Source: Verrucomicrobiia bacterium
GTDB taxonomy: Bacteria > Verrucomicrobiota > Verrucomicrobiia > Limisphaerales > UBA1319
Direction of reading: 5' to 3'
Assembly: GCA_963664225.1 (NCBI GenBank)
Contig: OY760937.1
Span: 5,632,001-5,696,000, forward strand
DNA: 64,000 bases
Shown here: in pieces, positions 10,301 to 17,995 of the stretch
Layout: each line of letters begins with the position of its first letter
Position numbering within the stretch: the first letter of the stretch is position 1
Notes under the pieces: model-generated
The model's input: the letters and a program-made list of their open reading frames with translations, nothing else
Told to the model about the DNA's origin: nothing
The model's database searches: none
Position numbers and translations under genes: made by a program

Positions 10301-13300
10301 GGCTTCCCGAGGGCGCGCAATTCTGGTCCAGTTTTGTCAATGACAACGCGGTGAAGGCCGAACGCGATGGGGACTGGGTGCTGGTGCCCTTGCCTCGCCA
10401 GGATAACCGCGATGCAACCTTCGCCGTGGATCTGGTGTACGCGCAAAAAATGGGTGCGTCGGGAGCCATGCGAGGGAAGACGGTTTCGCTGGAAGCTCCG
10501 CGCACCGATATTCCGAACACCTACGCTGAATGGCAGGTTTACGCGCCCAAGTCACGCCGATTGAGCGGATTTGGAGGCACGATGACCATTGCGCAAGGAA
10601 CAGTTTACGGATGGCATGAGGCTTGGAACCAGTTTTTTGCATTCTATGCAAGGATGGAGAAAGAAATGGCTTTTGAAGCGCTCTTTTTTGGCGGCCTGTT
10701 TTTGCTGTTGTTTGTGATGATCGTTGCATTCAAGCGACGCGGTTTCAGGGGCCTTGCAAGCGGATTGGCGGTCTTCGCCTTGATGCTCTTATTAGGCGCC
10801 ATGTTACTTCCGGCACTTTCCAAGTCCAAATCCAGAGCATCAAGCGCGTCCCTCACTGCCATTGGAGGCAGGAATGCAGGCAGGACGGATGTCAACGGTC
10901 CGGCGCCTGCGGTCGATACACTGAGTTTGGAAGATAGCAAAAGTGCCGGGGACAGAAGTGACTTGAGTGTGGAGCTAAAAAAGAAGGCGGATGGTCAAAC
11001 CGGTTCTCAAAGGATTCCAGAACGACCGGCAATCGTGCCTGCGACCCCAGTGCCGAGTCAGGTTCCTGCTGCGGCACCAGTGGCGTCCGAAACGCTACAG
11101 CACGGTATTGGATTGGTGAACACGGACAAGGAAACTGCGGGGTTATTTGGGGGAGGCGGAGGTATCGGTGGATTCGCCGGTCGCGCGATGGTTCCGATGG
11201 GGAAAGTGGTGGAGAGCGGAATCAACCCGATACGCATCGATATTCCACGCGAAGGCCGGTCCTATTTGTTTACCAAGGTTCTCAATGTGGGTGGCGAGCC
11301 CCTTACAGTGCGGGCGCGTGACATGGATGCCACCGGATACCTGGTTGCGCGTGGAATACTTGAGACCATTGCTTTTCTAGCGGGACTCACTTTGGTGTGG
11401 ATGCAATGGCGGAAGCCGTTTCGCAATGCGTTTTGGCTCACAGTGGGAGTGGTGCTTTCATTTGGAGCAGTGGCGCATTTGTTGATTGCATGGAGAGTTT
11501 TGCATCTGGGTTTGATCGTTTTTGCGCCGTTGATTGTGCTGTTCATTCTGGTTTGGATCGTGTGCAGAATTCCAGGACGCAAAACTGTTTCAGCCGGGAA
11601 TGCGGTTCCTCCCATGCTCGCACTGTTGGCGATGCTGGTTTGGCCACTGGGCGCTTCGGCGCAAACAACCGGGGCTGCAGGGACCAATGCGGTTTCGATC
11701 ACCTCGGCCATTTACAAAGGAGAGGTGAGGGGACAGGTGGCCGCTTTCGATGTGGCTCTCCGTGTGCAAACCTTCCGCACCAACGCACTCGTGCGTTTGT
11801 TTGGCCCGGAGGTCGCGGTGCAACAGTTCTCCTCGGACACCCCATCGGTGCAATTGGTGCGGGACGGGACATCGGTCTGCGCGGATTTGGGCACGGCGAG
11901 CTCGGCCGGATTAACCCTGAAAATCATGGTTAAAATTGGTGGCGAGGTGACACAACGGCAGCTTGCGTTTGGAATTCCCCAGTCCCTTTACAGCCAGTTC
12001 GTGTTGGATATCGACGAACCTGATGTCGAGGTCGATGTTCCCACAGCCGTTTCCGTCAGGCACGCCACCATTGAAGCAAAGACTCATATCGAGGCGATTA
12101 TCGGCCCCGGAGCCGGAGTGGATTTGCGGTGGACGCCACGGGTCAAACGGGCTGCCGAAATTGCCGCCACGATTTTTTGCGAGAACACGTCCCTGGTTAC
12201 ACTTGGGAACAGCGTGGTGGGCGTGCGCTCTGTGCTGGATTACCAAATCACACAGGGGGAATTGCGTCGGGCCTCGGTTCGATTGCCAGCCGGCCAGCGA
12301 CTGGTGCGCGTCGAAGGCGAGATGGTTCGCACCTGGGAACAGCGTGATGAAGGGGACGCTTCGATCGCCGTTGTGGAATTGCTGAAGGGCGTTTCCGCGA
12401 ATTGGCGCCTTACCCTGGAGACTGAAAAGCCTTTGGATCCATTGCCAACGGTTGTGAAAGTGCTCGTGCCGCACGCAATGGAGGTTCAGCGCGAGACGGG
12501 TGTGGTGGGGCTGGCGGGCGCCGAAGAACTGGGGCTTAACATCGAAGCCCCATCGCTTCAACGCGTGGATGGCGCTGAATTTGGGAAAATTGTCGGGCGC
12601 AAGGTGGAGGGTTTGTCGGGCGCATTCCGATTCCTAAAACCCGATTTCAACTTGTCCGTGGGCGTCGAGGTGATCCGGCCTGAGATTGAGGCGGTCGTGC
12701 ATAATCGTGTCACGGTGGGATCCGACCAGACCGTGCTGGCGGCCCAGGTGGATTACCAGATTAAAAAGGCAGGGGTGTTTTCCCTGAGGCTTTTGTTGCC
12801 GAAAGATTATCGTGTGGAAAAAATTGCTGGCAGCAAAGGGGCAATCAATGGGCGCGTGCTGCCGGGAACGGATATTTACGAGGCCAATCTCGGTGAGCGT
12901 GTTCTGGGCGCCTGCACGATACGCATGACGCTGACCAAGTCCGGGAATGAGCCGCCCAAGCATGTCAATATTGTGGGGGTGCATCCATTGGATACGGCGA
13001 AACTGGCTGGATTTGTATCTGTTTCCTCGGAATTGGGTCTTGTCTTGAAAACCGAGGAGTTCGAGGGACTGTCGGAGATTCCCGCGACAGGTCTGCCGGG
13101 GTTGCTACAGGAACCTCAAGAACCGGGCGGCAGGAGCATTGAACCGGCACCAGAGGCATTAAGTGGGAGCACGCTGGCTTTCAAGCGCATCGCCACCCAG
13201 CCTGGAGATGTGCCGGATTGGAAATTGGTCGTCACGGCGGAACAAGTGGAGCCTTGGATTCGGGCCGAGATCGTCAACACCTACAACATCACCGACACAC

Positions 13301-14859
13301 TGGTGAATGGTCGCGCCATTGCCCGTTTTGAAATAGCCAATGCTCCCATCCGGGAGCTGAAGTTGAATATTCCAAAAGCCTTTAAGAACGTGGAGATCAC
13401 GGGGGCAAACATTCGCCGCCGGGATCAGGATGGCGAACAGTGGCGGGTGGAGTTGCAGGGCAAAACGCGTGGAATCTATTTGCTGACCGTCACATGGGAA
13501 CAGCCGCGTTCAAGCCAGACCAACGCGTTGGAACTTGAAGGAGTCTCTGCCACGGGAGTGGAGCGTGAAACGGGGATGTTTGCGATTGTGGCGCGTCCGC
13601 CATTGCAGGTTTTGCCCCAAACCATGGGGGACATGCTCAAAGCTGACCCGCGCGAATTGCCTGAATGGGCGGGTCGTCCAGATACAGCCACTGTTTTGGC
13701 ATTTCGATATTTGCGATCCGGAGCGAAACTTTTGGTGGATGTAAAACGATTCGAAGAAGTGTCGGTATTGCAGGCCCTCGTTGATAATGGACGCTTTACG
13801 ACCGTCGTCGCCGAGGACGGCCAGACCATGACGGAAATGGTCCTGGCATTGCGAAATAATGGACGCCAGCATTTGGAACTGGAGTTGCCGAATGGGGCGC
13901 AAGTCTGGTCGGCATTTGTCGGTGGCCAGCCAGCCCAGCCCAGCCGACGGGATGGCCGGATACTCCTGCCGGTGGAGCGGAGCGCCGCTGGAAGCCGGGC
14001 CACGATTTCAGTGGAATTAATTTATGTGAACACAAACAAATTCCCTGGATTGCGGGGATCGCTGGAACTCGTTTCTCCAAAGTTCGATGTTCCCTTGAAG
14101 AACATTCGCTGGGAATTGTATTTACCTCCCAATTACACCTATTCGGAATTTGGCGGGAGCATGAATATCATTGTACCGGAGGTGGTGTTCGCAAGATCCC
14201 TTTCCTCTGTTGATTCCCGGTATTCCATTGATGAATACAAACGGCAGGAAACGCAGAAACAGGAAGTCATCCAATCTGAAGTGCAGTTCAACTTGCATAG
14301 TGCCCAGGAGAAACTTGCGGAAGGTAACATCAAGGAGGCCGTGGAAAATTATCGCCAGATAAGATCCGGGAAACAAGGATCGGTTGCTGCCGAACCTGGA
14401 ATCAAGCAGTTGGAGAAGGATTTGCGCCGGGTTCAAAGCAGCAATTTGCTGGCGCGTCAGAACACCTTCAGCGCGGCCAATGGTGTGGTGATGGATGCCC
14501 AGGTGGATCAAAGAGGGCAGAATGCCAGTGCCACAAGAAACTCGATGCTCTTTTATAATGATTCCACGGTGGCTGAGCAGCAATGGAGCAAACTGCAGCA
14601 GGCGCAGGAGGTCACGGTGGCGCAAATCCAACCGTTGCGGGTCAATCTGCCGATTCGCGGGGCGCACTACGAGTTTTCGCAGGTTCTTCAGACGGAAACC
14701 GGAAAGCCCATGACGATTCACCTCCTGGCGGCAAAGTCAGGGGCCGGAGGCGTCGTTGGAAAAGTCATCCTTATAACGGGTGGATTTCTCTTCCTGTGGC
14801 TGTTGCTGAAGCTGCTCTTCGGAACGTCCAAACGGCGTGTCCCGGCCGCGCAGGCATAA
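7393..14859 (+). CDS. Giant (2488 aa) exported/multi-pass membrane protein of unknown function, internally duplicated
   Basis: Uninterrupted 7.4 kb ORF; signal-like [20 protein letters not shown]; central and C-terminal TM segments; two paralogous halves; start uncertain. Confidence 0.85.
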   Translation: [2488 protein letters not shown]

Positions 14860-14860
14860 A

Positions 14861-14910
14861 AAAGAGGCGCCTCTAATGAAAGGGGCGCCTCTAATGAAAG
14901 GGGCGCCTCC
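14861..14910. repeat. 18-bp tandem repeat (~2.7 copies) that also forms a probable intrinsic terminator
   Basis: AAAGAGGCGCCTCTAATG / AAAGGGGCGCCTCTAATG / AAAGGGGCGCCTCC; palindromic core GAGGCGCCTC; A-run at 14858-14863; between convergent genes. Confidence 0.8.
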
Positions 14911-14934
14911 TGATAATTCAGTGTTCGGACTGTC

Positions 14935-16233
14935 TTAGACAGCCTTGTCCCAAGGCGTCCGGTTCTTCCGGCCCAGCCATGTGTTTGCTTCGGCATCGCC
15001 AATGAATTGTTCCTTTTCAGGATCCCACTTCAATTTGCGGTGATTCCAATAGGCAAGATTGCCCAAGTGACAGACTGAGGCCGAGCGGCAGCCGATTTCC
15101 ACATCGCAAATCGGTTTTTCGCGGGAACGGATGGCTTTGACGAAATCGTCGTAATGGTTGGTGCTCTTGTAGAGCTTGATTTTGTTGTCACCCAAGGGTT
15201 CCTTTTCGATTTCCACCGGAGTGGCCTTGAACATGCCGCGATTAACGAGAATCGTGCCGTTTTCGCCGATGAATGTGACGCCGCCACCACCGGTGTGGAT
15301 CATTTCCACTCCGTTGGCGTAAATGTAGCGCAGGCCTTTGGTGGCCTTGGGATCTTCGGGGGGGATGATTTCCACAGGGCCACTGTTGTCCATGCCCAAG
15401 GCCCATTGCGCGATATCGAAGTGATGAGCGCCCCAGTCAGTCATCATGCCGCCCGAATACTCGCGATAATTGCGCCAGTCAGGAAAGTTCTGATGCACGC
15501 CACGGGGACTGAGAATGGAATTATAAGCGCGCATGGGGGATGGCCCGAGCCACATGTCCCAATTCAAGCCGGGTTCCATCTTTTCCTCGGGCAGGTCACA
15601 CCACTTGGAGGAGGGACCGACGTCCACAAGCACTTGCTTGATTTTGCCGATGCGGCCATTTCGGACGAGTTCGCAGGCTTTGTGAAACTCGCTGCTGCTG
15701 CGCTGCATCGAACCGGTCTGAAAAACACGGTTGTTCTTCCGAGTGGCGTTGACCATGGCGCGCGCCTCGGGAATGTTCAGAGAGAGCGGTTTTTCGCAAT
15801 AAATGTCCTTGCCGGCGTTGGCTGCGGCTATGGCAAGGATGGCATGCCAATGGTCGGGAGCGGCGATGACCACGGCGTCGATATCCTTGCGGGCGATGAC
15901 CTCGCGAAAATCCGCATAGGCTTCGCAACTATTATATTCCTTGCCGGTCTTGGCGGTGTAGAAATCGTTCGCTTTTTTCTGGTGAAATTTGCGGCGGTTT
16001 TCGTCCACATCGCATACGGCAACGACCTGCACGCTGGGGTGAGGCAGAAAGCTGTTGAGCAGGTGGCGTCCCTGCGTGCCGGTGCCAATGTAGCCAAATA
16101 CGATTTTATCGTTCGGCTTGGCCTGGCCTTCCGCCGCCCATATATGGGATGGCAACAGGAACGGTGCGGCAGCCGCCGCCGTCGTGGCCGCCTTTAAGAA
16201 ATGGCGGCGTGAAACATCAGTTCTTTTACTCAT
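14935..16233 (-). CDS. Tat-exported Gfo/Idh/MocA family oxidoreductase
   Basis: SRRHFLK Tat motif; IGTGTQG; APDHWH; YCEKP; DWGAHHFD. Confidence 0.92.
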   Translation of the reverse strand: MSKRTDVSRRHFLKAATTAAAAAPFLLPSHIWAAEGQAKPNDKIVFGYIGTGTQGRHLLNSFLPHPSVQVVAVCDVDENRRKFHQKKANDFYTAKTGKEYNSCEAYADFREVIARKDIDAVVIAAPDHWHAILAIAAANAGKDIYCEKPLSLNIPEARAMVNATRKNNRVFQTGSMQRSSSEFHKACELVRNGRIGKIKQVLVDVGPSSKWCDLPEEKMEPGLNWDMWLGPSPMRAYNSILSPRGVHQNFPDWRNYREYSGGMMTDWGAHHFDIAQWALGMDNSGPVEIIPPEDPKATKGLRYIYANGVEMIHTGGGGVTFIGENGTILVNRGMFKATPVEIEKEPLGDNKIKLYKSTNHYDDFVKAIRSREKPICDVEIGCRSASVCHLGNLAYWNHRKLKWDPEKEQFIGDAEANTWLGRKNRTPWDKAV

Positions 16234-16527
16234 AGTACTCTGATTAATCAGTTTTTGGTGATAGGTAACATGCGATAAATGGCATTTATCAGCGCCGACG
16301 TCAATAAGGACGCTAAATTACGACAATTCAAAGGTTTGCAGAAAACCTCCACGATTCTGTGCGTGGACCTTTATCCTGTCGGATTCCATCTTTCACGGTT
16401 TACTTTGTTTAGACCGAAAATACGTCAGGTTATTCATAAAACTCCACTGAACCGGCGTTTGGCGACCGAGGGTCTGATTGTTTTTGTTTTATTCGGGAAA
16501 CCGTCCTGGTTAGTATGTGGCCGTCTT

Positions 16528-17196
16528 ATGACATTTAATTTGGAACCCGAGATATTGGCTCAACATATCGAGTCCACCTTGCTGCGACCCGACGCGACCC
16601 ATGAGGATGTCGAGCGCTTGTGCTTGCAGGCGCGAGAATTTGGATTTGCAGGCGTGTGCATACAGGGTTCGCGTGTGGTCGAAGCCGTTCATTTTCTGCA
16701 AGATAGCGATGTGAAGGTGGTCACCGTGGTCGGTTTTCCATTGGGAGGCATGGAGAGGGACGTTAAAAGGTATGAAACCGAGACGGCCATCGACAATGGC
16801 GCGAGTGAAATCGATGCCGTGATGAATATCGGCTGGTTTAAAGAGGGTAAAGACAAGGCTGTTTTCTGTGAATTACGCGACATCGTTGAGTCTGCCGATG
16901 AAAGAATGGTTAAAATCGTTATTGAGACCGCTCTATTGACCCCGGAAGAGATCGGCCGCGCGTGCAAATTGGCGATCGATTCGGGAGCCCATTTTGTGAA
17001 GACATCGACAGGATTCGCGAGTCGCGGTGCGACTGTGGAGGATATTGAAGTGATCCGGGCTGCAGTAGGCCCCGATTTCGGCATCAAGGCAGCGGGCGGC
17101 ATTCGTGACACCACAACAGCGCTGGCCCTGATCGAAGCGGGCGCCAACCGCCTGGGGACCTCGAGCGCGGCAATGGTTTTGCGGGGCGCGGCTTAA
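16528..17196 (+). CDS. deoC: Deoxyribose-phosphate aldolase
   Basis: TLLRP, VVGFPLG, EIDAV, KIVIET, FVKTSTGF, KAAGGIR, RLGTSS; start placed at MTFNLE. Confidence 0.93.
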   Translation: MTFNLEPEILAQHIESTLLRPDATHEDVERLCLQAREFGFAGVCIQGSRVVEAVHFLQDSDVKVVTVVGFPLGGMERDVKRYETETAIDNGASEIDAVMNIGWFKEGKDKAVFCELRDIVESADERMVKIVIETALLTPEEIGRACKLAIDSGAHFVKTSTGFASRGATVEDIEVIRAAVGPDFGIKAAGGIRDTTTALALIEAGANRLGTSSAAMVLRGAA

Positions 17197-17753
17197 TTCC
17201 AGGAGAGGTCTTCGGGGCTTTCTGCGATCAGGCGTTGTTTCCAACTCTTTTGGCGCATGATCATTTGCCAGATATGCGCTGGATCCTCGTGAAAGATCCA
17301 ATCCAGTGAACCGGGATGGCAGAGCCAGGCGTCACGTTTCATTTCCGCCTCCAATTGCCCTGCGCTCCAGCCTGAATAGCCTGCAAAGATCCGGATTTGT
17401 CTTGAAATGGCGTGATCATCCGCTAATTCAATCAAGGTATCCAGCGAATGGCCCAATTCCAGATCGGGCAGAACGTTTGCATCTTTAAGAGACTTTCCTG
17501 CAACCAGATAACTTAGAGCGGAGGGTTGAACCGGCCCACCAAGAAATAAAGGCTGGCCCTGGAGTGAATCTGGAAGATTGGAGGGCAGCACGTCGCCGAC
17601 TATTGTTCCGCTCGCACGGCCAAGCACCAAACCGAATGCCCCGTCTGCGTCGTGCTGACAGATGAGAACGACGCTCCTGTGAAAAAAGGAACCCTGCAAC
17701 ATGCCGCTGTCCAGCAGCATCTGTCCCTTAAGGGATTGGAAGGTTTTCGCCAT
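17193..17753 (-). CDS. YqgE/AlgH (DUF179) family protein
   Basis: FHRSVVLICQH..GAFGLVL, GGPV, FAGYSGWSAGQLEAE..AW. Confidence 0.92.
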   Translation of the reverse strand: MAKTFQSLKGQMLLDSGMLQGSFFHRSVVLICQHDADGAFGLVLGRASGTIVGDVLPSNLPDSLQGQPLFLGGPVQPSALSYLVAGKSLKDANVLPDLELGHSLDTLIELADDHAISRQIRIFAGYSGWSAGQLEAEMKRDAWLCHPGSLDWIFHEDPAHIWQMIMRQKSWKQRLIAESPEDLSWN

Positions 17754-17801
17754 GCGTCTGCTCGCTTGCCAACACTATAAATTTGGTTTAGTCCATTTGC
17801 C

Positions 17802-17918
17802 ATGACAAAAATCATCATGTTGTGTTTGCTCGCGGTAACCCTGCTGGCCGTTGGATGTTCAAGTCCCTCAGGCAGTCAGGAGTTTAAACCGGGCAAAGGC
17901 TGGACGCCGGTCAAGTAG
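17802..17918 (+). CDS. Small lipoprotein, 38 aa (MTKIIMLCLLAVTLLAVGCSSPSGSQEFKPGKGWTPVK)
   Basis: Translated by hand; basic N-terminus, hydrophobic core, lipobox-like LAVG-C; fills an intergenic gap and is followed by a terminator hairpin. Confidence 0.7.
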   Translation: MTKIIMLCLLAVTLLAVGCSSPSGSQEFKPGKGWTPVK

Positions 17919-17931
17919 GCTCGCGTTCAGT

Positions 17932-17966
17932 AAAAAAGCCGATGGAAGTCATATTCCACCGGCTTT
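17932..17966. terminator. Probable bidirectional intrinsic terminator
   Basis: AAAAGCCGATGGAA-gtcata-TTCCACCGGCTTTT stem between convergent genes. Confidence 0.7.
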
Positions 17967-17995
17967 TGAATCGCTCGTCAGGATTCTAGATCAAA

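Noticed and set aside
14861..14910. Possible mini-CRISPR
   Set aside because: Repeats are contiguous with no spacers; no cas genes
15154..16197. 347-aa + ORF, and similar long antisense ORFs at 30315..31379, 36141..36998, 47691..48686, 57326..58144
   Set aside because: Each overlaps a well-supported gene on the opposite strand; expected from codon bias
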